Below the pieces are notes generated by a model. The model was not told where the DNA came from. It ran no database searches and saw only the letters and a list, made by a program, of their open reading frames with translations. This document shows, in pieces, positions 48,049 through 57,722 of a DNA stretch of 64,000 bases (its first letter is position 1; the number at the start of each line of letters is the position of its first letter). The translations under genes were made by a program, and so were the position numbers. Origin of the DNA: Candidatus Velthaea sp. (GTDB taxonomy: Bacteria; Vulcanimicrobiota; Vulcanimicrobiia; Vulcanimicrobiales; Vulcanimicrobiaceae); the NCBI GenBank assembly GCA_965214935.1, contig CBDCCS010000021.1, positions 256,001 to 320,000 of the forward strand. The letters are read 5' to 3'.

Positions 48049-50085
48049 ATGCGCCTGCTCCGTGCCGCCGCCCGTCTTGTCGCTGCGATCGGTGTTTGCG
48101 CGGGGCTGCAACTGTACGGCGCGCATGCCGCTACCGGCCCGGTGCAACAGCTTGCCGAACCGTTCGATGCATCGGCGATCGATCCGCACGGAAACGCCTG
48201 CGAAGATTTTTTCGGCTACGCAACGGGAGCGTATCGCAAGGGTCATCCGATACCGCCGGCGTTTACCGAATACGGCTATATCGAGCAGCTCGTCGATGCG
48301 ACGCGCGAGATCGTACGCGACATTCTCGTGCACGCGCAACGCGATCCCGGCGCTGCCGGCAGCAATGCCGAGAAGCTCGGCATCTTCTACACGTCGTGTA
48401 TGGACACGGCGGCCATCGAGCGGCGCGGCCTCGCGCCGCTCGCGCCCGAGCTTGCGCGCATCGACGCGCTGCAACGTTCGAGCGAGCTTAGCGCGGAGTT
48501 CGAGCACTTGCATGCGATCGGAGTCGATGCCGGCTTCGCGTTCAATGCAACCCAGGACTATCACAACAGCGCGCACACGATCGGCGAACTCGATCAGGCC
48601 GGTCTGGGCTTACCCGAACGCGATTACTATTTGCGCGGCGACGCCGATTCGCGCAAATTGCGCGCGCAATATTTGGCCTACGTCAGTCGTCTGCTGAGCC
48701 TGAGCGGCAGTTCGGACGCGCTTACCGCCGCTCGATCGGTCGTTGCACTCGAGACGCGTTTTGCACGCGCTTCCACTCCGGCTGCAGATCTGCGCGAGCC
48801 GGAAGCGACGTACCATCCGATGACGCTTACGGCCATCGCGGCACTCGCGCCGCACGTCGCGTTGCGCAGCTATCTGCGCGCCCAAGCAGTCACGACCGGC
48901 GACACCGTCAATGTTGCCGAGCCGGCGTTTTTGGAGGCGGTCGATGCCGCACTGACCGATGTCCCGTTACCGATCTGGAAGCGCTATATGCGCTGGCGGC
49001 TGCTCGATACGTTTGCCCCGGCGTTACCGGCACGCTTTGATAACGAGCATTTCGCATTCCGCGAACACATTTTGAACGGAGCGGCGGCGCAGTTGCCGCG
49101 CTGGAAGCGGTGCGTCTCGGCGACCGATCTGTATCTCGGCGAAGCCGTCGGCGAAGCGTACGTGGCTAAAGTGTTTCCGCGCGCGGCCAAGGTTCGTGCG
49201 CTGACGCTGAGCGTCCGCATCAAAGACGCGTACCGCAACGAGATGGAAGGCTTAAGCTGGATGACGCCCGCGACGAAACGCATCGCTGAAGCGAAACTGA
49301 CCGCGATGGGTCTTAAAGTCGGTTATCCGCAGCGTTGGCGCAGCTTCGCTACGTACGCGGTTACACCCGATTCGTATGCGGCGAACATTGCGCGCGGTGC
49401 AACGTTCGAGCGCAACTATGAACTCGCGCGGATCGGCCGGCCGGTGGACCGCACGGCGTGGTCGATGACGCCGCAGACGGTCAATGCGTACAACGACACG
49501 CAGCGTAACGAAATCGTCTTACCGGCGGCGCAATTACAACGCCCGTTTTTTGATTTTGCTTCCGACGATGCAGCGAATCTCGGCGCGACCGGCGGTGGAA
49601 CGATCGGTCACGAGATGACGCACGGCTTCGACGATGAAGGCCATAAATTCGATGCCGCCGGCAATCTGCGCAACTGGTGGACATCGCGTGACCTCATGCA
49701 ATTCAACGCGCGCGCTCACTGCGTCATCGATCAATTCAACAACACGGTTGCCGTCGGCAACGTGCACTATCAAGGCCGGCTCGTTGCCGGCGAAGCAATT
49801 GCCGATTTAGGCGGCGTCATCATCGGCGACCATGCGCTGCGCACGACCCTTGCCAAGCATCCCGGACAGCGCATCGCCGGCTTTACACCCGAACAGCGGT
49901 ACTTTCTCGCCTTTGCACAGTCGTGGGCCGAGAACATTCGGCCCGAGGCCGCTCGACGGCAGGCGTTGACCGATCCGCACCCGTTGCCGCGCGACCGCGT
50001 CAATGCAACGCTGGCCAACATTCCCGCTTGGTATGCAGCCTTTGGTTGCGTCAAACCGCCGCGGCCGATCTGTGAGATTTGGTGA
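48049..50085 (+). CDS. M13 metallopeptidase (exported), copy 1
   Basis: Signal peptide, CEDFFGYA, PQTVNAY, GHEMTHGFDD, GEAIADLGG. Confidence 0.93.
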   Translation: MRLLRAAARLVAAIGVCAGLQLYGAHAATGPVQQLAEPFDASAIDPHGNACEDFFGYATGAYRKGHPIPPAFTEYGYIEQLVDATREIVRDILVHAQRDPGAAGSNAEKLGIFYTSCMDTAAIERRGLAPLAPELARIDALQRSSELSAEFEHLHAIGVDAGFAFNATQDYHNSAHTIGELDQAGLGLPERDYYLRGDADSRKLRAQYLAYVSRLLSLSGSSDALTAARSVVALETRFARASTPAADLREPEATYHPMTLTAIAALAPHVALRSYLRAQAVTTGDTVNVAEPAFLEAVDAALTDVPLPIWKRYMRWRLLDTFAPALPARFDNEHFAFREHILNGAAAQLPRWKRCVSATDLYLGEAVGEAYVAKVFPRAAKVRALTLSVRIKDAYRNEMEGLSWMTPATKRIAEAKLTAMGLKVGYPQRWRSFATYAVTPDSYAANIARGATFERNYELARIGRPVDRTAWSMTPQTVNAYNDTQRNEIVLPAAQLQRPFFDFASDDAANLGATGGGTIGHEMTHGFDDEGHKFDAAGNLRNWWTSRDLMQFNARAHCVIDQFNNTVAVGNVHYQGRLVAGEAIADLGGVIIGDHALRTTLAKHPGQRIAGFTPEQRYFLAFAQSWAENIRPEAARRQALTDPHPLPRDRVNATLANIPAWYAAFGCVKPPRPICEIW

Positions 50086-52141
50086 TTGCATCTGCGCGCG
50101 TCGCAGCTTAACCTACGCCGTTCTGCGGCTGGCTTTCGCAATCGCATTGCTCGCCGGCGCGCGGGCCGTCGAAGCGCATGCGACGCTGCAGCGCGACACG
50201 GTCATTCGCGAACCATTCGATGCGCGTTCGGTCGGTTCAGCCGCGGATCGGTGCGCCAATTTCTTCGCCTATGCGAACGGCGGGCACGAAACGGCATTTT
50301 TTTCCGGGAAGCTGGATCCCAGGGCGATCGACGCGGTTCTCGACGTCCGAACCGACAACATCGTGCATCAGATCCTCGTCACGGCCGAGCACGGCGCCGG
50401 CAGCCGGACGCACAAGCTCGCGACCCTGTACCGCACGTGTATGGACGACGCTGCAATCGAACGGCACGGTCTGCAACCGATCGCAGCCGAGCTTTCCGCG
50501 ATCGACGCGATACGTCGTAAGCGCGATCTGGTGTCCGCAATCGCGCGCCTGCACGATAGCGGCGTCGCGGTTGCATTCACATTCGGCCCAGGGCAAGATT
50601 ATCACGATTCGGCAGTCACGATCGGCGAGTTCGCGCAAACCGATTTAGGTATTTCCACCCGCGAATATTACTTGCGCAGCGACACCGCCGCACGGCTCTT
50701 GCGGACCCAATATCAAGCGTATTTGTCCGCGCTGCTCGCAGCTAGCGGCGAACGCGCCGGAGCTGCGCGAAGCGCTGCGATCATCGCGCTCGAAACACGC
50801 TTGGCGCGCGCTTCGATGTCCATCGCCGACTTGCACGAACCGCACCGTCTCGACCACCCGATGACCCTGGCAACGATCGCCGCACTGACCCCGCATCTTG
50901 CGCTCCGCCGCTATCTTGTCGCCGAGCACGTTGCGCCAACCGGTACGATCAACGTTGCTCAGCCGGCATTTTTCCGAGCGGTCGATCGGGCCGTCGTCGA
51001 CGTTCCGCTGCGCGCGTGGAAAGATTATCTCCGCTCGCGCCTGCTCGACACATTTGCACCGGCGCTTCCAAAGCGCTTTGCGAGCCCGTATTCTGCTTTT
51101 CACGCTGCACTGACCGGAAACGACGGGCCCGCACCCTTTCCGCGTTGGGAGCGGTGCGTCGATTCCGCCAACGCGCTCTTAGGCGATACCGTCGCCGCGG
51201 CATATGTCAAGGACGCCTATCCTGCGACGCTGCACAGCGCCGCCGTTGCCTTAGCCGTCCGTATCAAGACCGCGTTTCGTGACGAGCTCGTGAGCCGAAC
51301 GGACCTAAGCCCGCGCACCAAGCGCAATGCGCTCGCGAAGCTCGATGCCATGCGCTTGAACATCGGCTATCCGCAACGCCGGCGCGACTATCGGTCGTAT
51401 ACGGTTGGGCTCGATTCGTATGCCGCCAACGTTGCGCGCGGTGCGCGCTACGAACATCGCTGGGAACTAGACACGATCGGCCGGAAGCTAGATCGTACGT
51501 TCGCAGCAGACCCCGATACACTGCCGCAAACGGTCAACGCCGACAGCGACCTGCAGCGCAATGAGATTACGGTACCGGCGGCGATGTTCGCGCGACCCAA
51601 TTTCGATGCCGCCGGCGACGACGCGGCAAATCTCGGTGCGATGGGTGGCGGCATCATCGGTCATGAAATGATGCATGGTTTCGACGATGAGGGCGCCCAA
51701 CTCGATGCCGCCGGAAAGCTGCGCGATTGGTGGTCATCGCACGACTTAGCGCAGAAACGGCGTGCCGAGCGCTGCGTTATGGATCAATACCGCCGGATCG
51801 ATGTCGGTGGCGAGCATTACAACGGCCGGCTCATTGCCGGCGAGGCGATCGCCGATCTCGGCGGCGTGCTCGTCGGGTATCGGGCACTGCGTTCGTCGCT
51901 GGCGCGACACGCCGGCAAGCGAATCGACGGATTCACGCCCGAACAACGCTATTTCCTCGCCTTCGCGCAATCGTGGGGCAACGACCTCGAGTTCGACCTG
52001 GGGCCGCCGGATCAGCGCGTGCTCTTCGACGAACATCCGCTGGCGCGCGACCGCGTCAACGCGACGCTGGCCAATGTCCCCGCGTGGTATGCGGCGTTCG
52101 GCTGCAACATACCACCGCATCCGCTCTGCGACATCTGGTAA
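50072..52141 (+). CDS. M13 metallopeptidase, copy 2 (start uncertain)
   Basis: CANFFAYA, PQTVNADS, GHEMMHGFDD, GEAIADLGG; clear paralogue of copy 1. Confidence 0.9.
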   Translation: MRFGDCICARRSLTYAVLRLAFAIALLAGARAVEAHATLQRDTVIREPFDARSVGSAADRCANFFAYANGGHETAFFSGKLDPRAIDAVLDVRTDNIVHQILVTAEHGAGSRTHKLATLYRTCMDDAAIERHGLQPIAAELSAIDAIRRKRDLVSAIARLHDSGVAVAFTFGPGQDYHDSAVTIGEFAQTDLGISTREYYLRSDTAARLLRTQYQAYLSALLAASGERAGAARSAAIIALETRLARASMSIADLHEPHRLDHPMTLATIAALTPHLALRRYLVAEHVAPTGTINVAQPAFFRAVDRAVVDVPLRAWKDYLRSRLLDTFAPALPKRFASPYSAFHAALTGNDGPAPFPRWERCVDSANALLGDTVAAAYVKDAYPATLHSAAVALAVRIKTAFRDELVSRTDLSPRTKRNALAKLDAMRLNIGYPQRRRDYRSYTVGLDSYAANVARGARYEHRWELDTIGRKLDRTFAADPDTLPQTVNADSDLQRNEITVPAAMFARPNFDAAGDDAANLGAMGGGIIGHEMMHGFDDEGAQLDAAGKLRDWWSSHDLAQKRRAERCVMDQYRRIDVGGEHYNGRLIAGEAIADLGGVLVGYRALRSSLARHAGKRIDGFTPEQRYFLAFAQSWGNDLEFDLGPPDQRVLFDEHPLARDRVNATLANVPAWYAAFGCNIPPHPLCDIW

Positions 52142-52281
52142 ACAAAGTGCGACACGAGCGTAGTCGTCATTGGCTCGCTGTCTATTTTCGTAGCTCGCGT
52201 GGCACGCCAGACCGAACTCGCCTCAATGACTTCACGGAGCTCAAATAAAAGTTTGCCGAGACTGAAGGCGAATCTGTTTAG

Positions 52282-52752
52282 ATGCCGCTTACACCTCACG
52301 AGCCACCTCGCCGCGCCCATAAATTTGATATTATTGCGTATGACGGCCACGACACACCGGTCCTTGTCGTTGAGATCAAACGGAGTGGCGATGTCCGGTC
52401 TCTGGAACAGCTCGTGGAAGATACAAAGCGCTATGTGGAATCCGCGCCGCGTCATGCGTTGTTTTTCTTGATTGCAAACCCGGATAACATCTACGTGTAT
52501 AAACACGAAGCGAACAGCTCTTGGACGTTAGCTCGTACGTTCGATGCTCCCACGATCTTCCGGCACTATGATAATGCGTACGGTGAAAATTCAATATACG
52601 AGCATTACCTAAATTCGCTCGTTCAAGCATGGTTGAACGACATCTCCTACAATTGGCATACGCAAAGCCCCCCTGAAAGGGGAGCCTTCGAAGAATTAGG
52701 GTTACTCACAATCCTCCGAGATGGCTCAATGGCAGCCGATGCGATGCTTTGA
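52282..52752 (+). CDS. putative PD-(D/E)XK nuclease-fold protein
   Basis: KFDIIAYDGHDTPVLVVEIKR gives a D...ExK motif; AT-richer DNA. Confidence 0.7.
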   Translation: MPLTPHEPPRRAHKFDIIAYDGHDTPVLVVEIKRSGDVRSLEQLVEDTKRYVESAPRHALFFLIANPDNIYVYKHEANSSWTLARTFDAPTIFRHYDNAYGENSIYEHYLNSLVQAWLNDISYNWHTQSPPERGAFEELGLLTILRDGSMAADAML

Positions 52753-53342
52753 AGCGCTTATATCTCGAGACAAATTTCATCGTTGGTCAAGCTTTTTCGC
52801 AAGATCTGCCTGCCGATTCAATACTACCGATCGCTACTGCGCTTGGAGCTGAACTCTGCATTCCGTCTGTCTGTGCGCAAGAGGCGCTTTCAACCGTAGA
52901 ATGGCGTAATAGAAGCAGTGACAAATTCAGCGGGACGCTAAAAAGCAAGCTTAACGAGCTACGCGCGGACCAATCCGCAACAGCTCGAAGGCTCGTTATA
53001 TTGTTAAATCAGGCACTGCTTGAAAACGGTCGCTTAGTGAACGAGCGACAGATACGTTTGGCGGCAATATTTCAATCGCTTCTGAAGGTACGCTTTGCCC
53101 ATGTTGACCCGATTCTTACGCATCGAGCGGTTTCGGCACCTATTTTGGAGGGTGCCGCCGACAATCTGATTCTGTACGCTGTTACTTTTGATGCCGCCAC
53201 CAAACCGCTTCGAGATATGGCTTTTTTTACATTAAACGTCAGCGACTTTGGGGCTACGGCGGTAGTCTCAGCTTTAGCTGCCGTTAACGTCACCTTGCTT
53301 ACTGATTCGAACGATGTTATTATATGGTTAAATACGCCTTAA
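52749..53342 (+). CDS. PIN-domain protein
   Basis: LYLETNF, IPSVCAQEA, AADNLIL, FFTLNVSDF: four spaced acidic PIN-type positions; TTGA overlap. Confidence 0.78.
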   Translation: MKRLYLETNFIVGQAFSQDLPADSILPIATALGAELCIPSVCAQEALSTVEWRNRSSDKFSGTLKSKLNELRADQSATARRLVILLNQALLENGRLVNERQIRLAAIFQSLLKVRFAHVDPILTHRAVSAPILEGAADNLILYAVTFDAATKPLRDMAFFTLNVSDFGATAVVSALAAVNVTLLTDSNDVIIWLNTP

Positions 53343-53680
53343 CAAACAGTCAATAATTGATATATAGCATCATCTCGAGGTTCTGCTGTGGTTGATCCAT
53401 TGTTGTTGTGCAAGATTTGCTGCACTCGAAATCATGCCAACGAACTTTGGGTTACCAAGGTTTGCGTCGATTGCAAATATGCAAGTCGTTCAGGGTCGTA
53501 ACTTAGCAACCGTTTGACGCGTAGAATTAGCAAGTTCGCTTGCGAAGAGTCGACTTCCCGATGGCAACACTCGTACACACAAGGTTTTTGAGCGGCGCAC
53601 ATTGAGCCGACGCATGAGATTCTATTCATTGCCGCGCTAGGCATAGGATGCGTCTAAGCCGTCGAGGGATAGGTAACGGC

Positions 53681-54142
53681 GTGCAAGGCAAGGCGAATTT
53701 TCGCGGTCACCCGCTCCACTTGATGCTCATTTCGTTTCCGGTTGCTTTTTGGACCGGCGCGTTGTTTACCGATGCCGTCGGCGCGTTGCGGCACGACGGG
53801 TTCTGGTTTCAGATGAGCGTCGTGCTGATCGCGATGGGAACGGTCATCGCCATTCTCGCGTCGGTGTGCGGCTACGTCGATTACTTAACCGTGCGCATGA
53901 CGCGCAAAGCGCGCAGCGTTGCGACCGGTCACCTCTATTGGAGTCTCGCCGCCACGGTCACGTTCACACTGGCCTATGTTACGCGCGTGCACGCGCCGCA
54001 GTCAGTGCTGGGCATCGCGTTAACGGTCGGCGGCGCGCTCGTGCTGCTCGTCGGCGGCTATCTGGGAAGCGAACTTGCGAATCGGTACCGTATCGGCATT
54101 CTGGAAGCGCCGGCGCTGCCGGTCAAGCGTGCGCGGCTTTGA
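53681..54142 (+). CDS. DUF2231 membrane protein
   Basis: GHPLHLMLISFPVA, GYVDY, ATGH, GGYLGSEL. Confidence 0.85.
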   Translation: MQGKANFRGHPLHLMLISFPVAFWTGALFTDAVGALRHDGFWFQMSVVLIAMGTVIAILASVCGYVDYLTVRMTRKARSVATGHLYWSLAATVTFTLAYVTRVHAPQSVLGIALTVGGALVLLVGGYLGSELANRYRIGILEAPALPVKRARL

Positions 54143-54497
54143 ACGCGGCCCAGCCGCCATAGTGCGAGATGTCGGCGTAGCCGCGCGCTTCAATCACGTC
54201 GCGCGGGTAGATCATTGCCGGGACGCTCGTTCCGTCCGCAAGCTGTATCGGCGCTTCGTATAAATCGGGCGGTTCGGTCGCAAGCAGATGCGCGTGTTCG
54301 GCGTCGCTGAGCTCGTAAATTTCGCCCCTGATCGATACCCCGCCACTCGGCACCTCGTAAATGCCCGGATGTTTGTCGGCGACGGAATGCAAGCGATAAA
54401 TCGCTGCGGTTTGCGCTTCGCGCACGAACGCCGCGCCGCTCAGATTCGCATGATCGGGTTGCCCGCGTAAAGCGGAGCCGCAAATAAAGAAGAACAT
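54123..54497 (-). CDS. stand-alone allophanate-hydrolase-C / gamma-glutamylcyclotransferase-fold protein
   Basis: FICGSALRG, TAAIYRL, PGI, SIRGEIYEL, IQLADG, DISHYGGWAAF. Confidence 0.8.
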   Translation of the reverse strand: MFFFICGSALRGQPDHANLSGAAFVREAQTAAIYRLHSVADKHPGIYEVPSGGVSIRGEIYELSDAEHAHLLATEPPDLYEAPIQLADGTSVPAMIYPRDVIEARGYADISHYGGWAAFKAAHA

Positions 54498-54516
54498 CTC
54501 GTTACTGCTTTCGACG

Positions 54517-55737
54517 TTATGCTGCAAACTCTCGATCGACCGCGATGAGTGTCGCGGCCAAGGCCTCGACGCCGATTTCGAGATCGGCTGCCGACGTTGC
54601 TTCAAACGCGACATGACTGTGGCCGCCGATACTGGGCACGAAGATCATCGCCGCCGGAGCGATCTTTGCCAAGCACATCGCATCGTGTCCGGCGCCGCTG
54701 GGAATCTCAATCGAGCGCGGATCGAGCGCGTCGCACGCATGCCGCACGATTTCACGCAGCCGTTCATCCATCGGTGAGGCTGCCCGCAGCTCGATACGCT
54801 CGACCGTTACCGGGGTGCCACGCGCGTTCGCAATCGTCGCAGCGTCGGCTCGGATGAGCCGCTCGATTTCCGCGATGCGTGCGTCGTCCACCGAACGCGC
54901 GTCGACACGCAGAACGACGCGCCCAGGGACGATATTGGTTTGATTCGGCTCGATCGTGAACCAGCCGACCGTTGCGACCGATTCACCGACGTTTATGGCT
55001 GCCCGTTCGACGGCCAGAACGACGTCGGCCGCAGCGCACAGCGCGTCGGCGCGAGCTGCCATCGGAATCGTGCCTGCGTGACCGCTGCGCCCGCTAATTT
55101 CGATGCGTAGGCGGCGTTGGCCGGCAATCGCGCTAACCGCACCGAGCCGCGCGCCGCAGCGCTCGAGCACTGGCCCCTGCTCGATGTGCAGTTCCAGATA
55201 GGCACGCGGCACCGTGAACGCATCGCGCACCGGCACGTCCGACAGTAAGCCGTTCGGGCCGCTCCGAGCCAGCGTGAACGGCTCGCCGTCATCATCGGCG
55301 ACAAGCGCTTCGATTTCCGTGTAGGGCGTTAATCGCGCGAAGGCCGAGCTGCCCAGACAACCAAGCGGAAATCGGCTCCCTTCCTCGCCGGCCCAGGCGA
55401 CGACCTCGAGCGAGTGGCGCAGCGCAGGGCCGTCGCGCGCAATTCGTTCGAGCGCTTCGAGACCACCGACGACGCCGAGCGCTCCATCGTAAGCGCCGCC
55501 GCCTTTGACCGTATCGAGGTGCGAACCGCATTGGATCGGTGCCGTTTCGGTGCCGGCGCGCAAGCAGGCAAAGACGTTTCCGGCCCGGTCCTGTTCGACC
55601 GTCAGACCGCCGGCGCGCGCCCAATCCGCAAACCGGCTTCGTGCGGTGTATTCGGCCGGCGTGAACAGCGCACGATCGATCCCGTCGATACCGGCGCCGA
55701 GCGCGGCGAGTTCTGCCAGTCGCGCATGAACGTTCAC
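54517..55737 (-). CDS. M20 Zn-dependent amidohydrolase (allantoate amidohydrolase/N-carbamoylase)
   Basis: GSHLDTV, YDGALG, EEGSRF, ELHIEQG, HAGTIPM, SGAGHDA; in an operon with puuE. Confidence 0.9.
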   Translation of the reverse strand: MNVHARLAELAALGAGIDGIDRALFTPAEYTARSRFADWARAGGLTVEQDRAGNVFACLRAGTETAPIQCGSHLDTVKGGGAYDGALGVVGGLEALERIARDGPALRHSLEVVAWAGEEGSRFPLGCLGSSAFARLTPYTEIEALVADDDGEPFTLARSGPNGLLSDVPVRDAFTVPRAYLELHIEQGPVLERCGARLGAVSAIAGQRRLRIEISGRSGHAGTIPMAARADALCAAADVVLAVERAAINVGESVATVGWFTIEPNQTNIVPGRVVLRVDARSVDDARIAEIERLIRADAATIANARGTPVTVERIELRAASPMDERLREIVRHACDALDPRSIEIPSGAGHDAMCLAKIAPAAMIFVPSIGGHSHVAFEATSAADLEIGVEALAATLIAVDREFAA

Positions 55738-56747
55738 GCCTGCAGCGTTTCAGCGGCCGAATCGACGCGGGCGAGGTACGCCGCGCGCTCGGACGCGCTG
55801 ATAAACGCCGCCTCGAAGCTGTTGCGCGCAACGTTAACGAGACTTTCGGCGGACAGCGCCAGCGCTTGTGCGACGGCAAGATAATTGTCTGCAATGTAGC
55901 CGCCGAAGTAAGCTGGATCGTCAGAGTTGATCGTCGCCACAAGCCCGGCGTCGAGCATGCGTTGCAACGGATGATCGGCAAGCGTCGGGCAGACGCGCAG
56001 TTTTACGTTCGAGAGCGGGCAAACGGTAAGCGGGACGCGGCGTTCGCGCAAGCGCGCGACAAGTGCGGGATCTTCCAAGCTGCGCACGCCGTGATCGATT
56101 CGCGACACCTGCAGCACGTCGAGAGCCTCCCAAACATACGCCGGCGGGCCTTCCTCACCGGCATGCGCGACGGTCTTCCACCCGGCCACCCGGGCACGCT
56201 CGAAAACGCGCGCAAATTTCGCGGGCGGATGACCGGCTTCGGCCGAGTCGAGACCGACGGCGACGATACGCTCGCCGTACGGCAACGCCGCTTCGAGCGT
56301 CTGCATTGCCGATTCAGCGCTCCAATCGCGTAAAAAGCACATGATGAGTTTTGCCGAGACACCGTAGCGTTCTTCGCTGCTCGTTATCGCCGACCACAAA
56401 CCGTCGATCACCGTTTGAAACGGCACGCCGCGTGCCGTGTGTGCCTGTGGATCGAAAAAGATTTCAGCATGCAGCACCCCTTGGCTACCTGCGCGCGCTA
56501 AATAGGCGTCCATCAGTTCCGCAAAGTCGGCTTCGCTGCGCAGCACCGTCATCGCCGCGTAGTATAACGTGAGAAACGAACCGAGATCGCGAAAGTCGTA
56601 TGCGGCTCGCAGCGACTCGACCGAAGAGTACGGTAGAACGATGCGATTACGCTCTGCCAACGCAAAAATAAGATCGGGTTCGAACGTGCCCTCGATATGT
56701 ACGTGCAATTCGGCTTTGGGCAGACGGAAAGCGGCCGGCGCGATCAT
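55734..56747 (-). CDS. adenine/adenosine deaminase
   Basis: PKAELHVHIEG, FFDPQAH, HAGEEGP, TVCPLSN, NSDDPAYFGG. Confidence 0.93.
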   Translation of the reverse strand: MIAPAAFRLPKAELHVHIEGTFEPDLIFALAERNRIVLPYSSVESLRAAYDFRDLGSFLTLYYAAMTVLRSEADFAELMDAYLARAGSQGVLHAEIFFDPQAHTARGVPFQTVIDGLWSAITSSEERYGVSAKLIMCFLRDWSAESAMQTLEAALPYGERIVAVGLDSAEAGHPPAKFARVFERARVAGWKTVAHAGEEGPPAYVWEALDVLQVSRIDHGVRSLEDPALVARLRERRVPLTVCPLSNVKLRVCPTLADHPLQRMLDAGLVATINSDDPAYFGGYIADNYLAVAQALALSAESLVNVARNSFEAAFISASERAAYLARVDSAAETLQA

Positions 56748-57658
56748 ACGCCGGCCGGGTGATGTGCGATCCAGTGTCGCGCGATGTCGACTCGCCGGCA
56801 AATCCAAATGTCGTCGAAGGTCATGAGATAATCGAGGAAACGTTCGAGTGCAGCGGCGCGACCCGGCCGGCCGGCAAGTCGCGTATGCAAACCGACGGAC
56901 ATCATTTTTGGTTGTTGCGCGCCCTCGCGATACAGCACGTCGAACGCATCTTTAAGATACGAGAAAAAACCGTCGCCCGACGTGAACCCGGGCGCGACGG
57001 AAAATTTCATGTCGTTGTTATCGAGCGTATAGGGAATCACTAAATGCGCTTTCGCGCCGACGCGGGTCCAATACGGCAAGTCGTCGTTGTAGCCATCGGA
57101 ATCGTACAAAAATCCGCCTTCTTCGACGACGAGCCGCCGCGTGTTCAAGCTCGGCGCGTATCGGCAGTACCACCCATACGGCCGGATACCGATCGTGTGC
57201 TCGAGCGAGGCAACGGCGCGGCGCATTTGCTCCCGTTCCTCGGCTTCATCCATATTTTGAAAACCGATCCAGCGCCAACCGTGGCAGCAGACTTCGTGAC
57301 CGGCCGACCGTAACGCCGCTGCAGCGGCCGGGTTTCTTTCCAGAGCAAGTGCCGCGCCGAATACGGTGACGGGTATGCGCCGGTCGGCGAACATGCGCAT
57401 GAGCCGCCAAAAACCGGCGCGGCTGCCGTATTCGTAGACCGATTCGACGATTAGATCGCGCTTACCGGGACCAAGCGTCGCACCGGGAACTTCGGTGAGA
57501 TACGATTCGGAAATACCGTCGCCGTCGCCGATCGAATATTCCGAACCCTCTTCGTAGTTCATGACGATCTGGACCGCTAGACGCGCACCGCCCGGCCAAT
57601 GCGGATGCGGCGGCGTTTCACCGTAGCCGACAAAATCGCGGGCATGGACATCGTCCAT
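56744..57658 (-). CDS. puuE: allantoinase PuuE (polysaccharide-deacetylase fold)
   Basis: RDFVGYG, NYEEG, ESVYEYGSRAGFWR, HGWRW, DDLPYW, PYTLDNNDM. Confidence 0.93.
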   Translation of the reverse strand: MDDVHARDFVGYGETPPHPHWPGGARLAVQIVMNYEEGSEYSIGDGDGISESYLTEVPGATLGPGKRDLIVESVYEYGSRAGFWRLMRMFADRRIPVTVFGAALALERNPAAAAALRSAGHEVCCHGWRWIGFQNMDEAEEREQMRRAVASLEHTIGIRPYGWYCRYAPSLNTRRLVVEEGGFLYDSDGYNDDLPYWTRVGAKAHLVIPYTLDNNDMKFSVAPGFTSGDGFFSYLKDAFDVLYREGAQQPKMMSVGLHTRLAGRPGRAAALERFLDYLMTFDDIWICRRVDIARHWIAHHPAGV

Positions 57659-57722
57659 CAACGAGCACGTTCGCCGGTCGCGCGCGTCCGTCGTGATCCC
57701 ATTGCTTAACCGGTCTCCCGTA

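Noticed and set aside
53432..53644. 70-aa minus-strand ORF as a third island gene
   Set aside because: No RBS or motif; cannot be supported.
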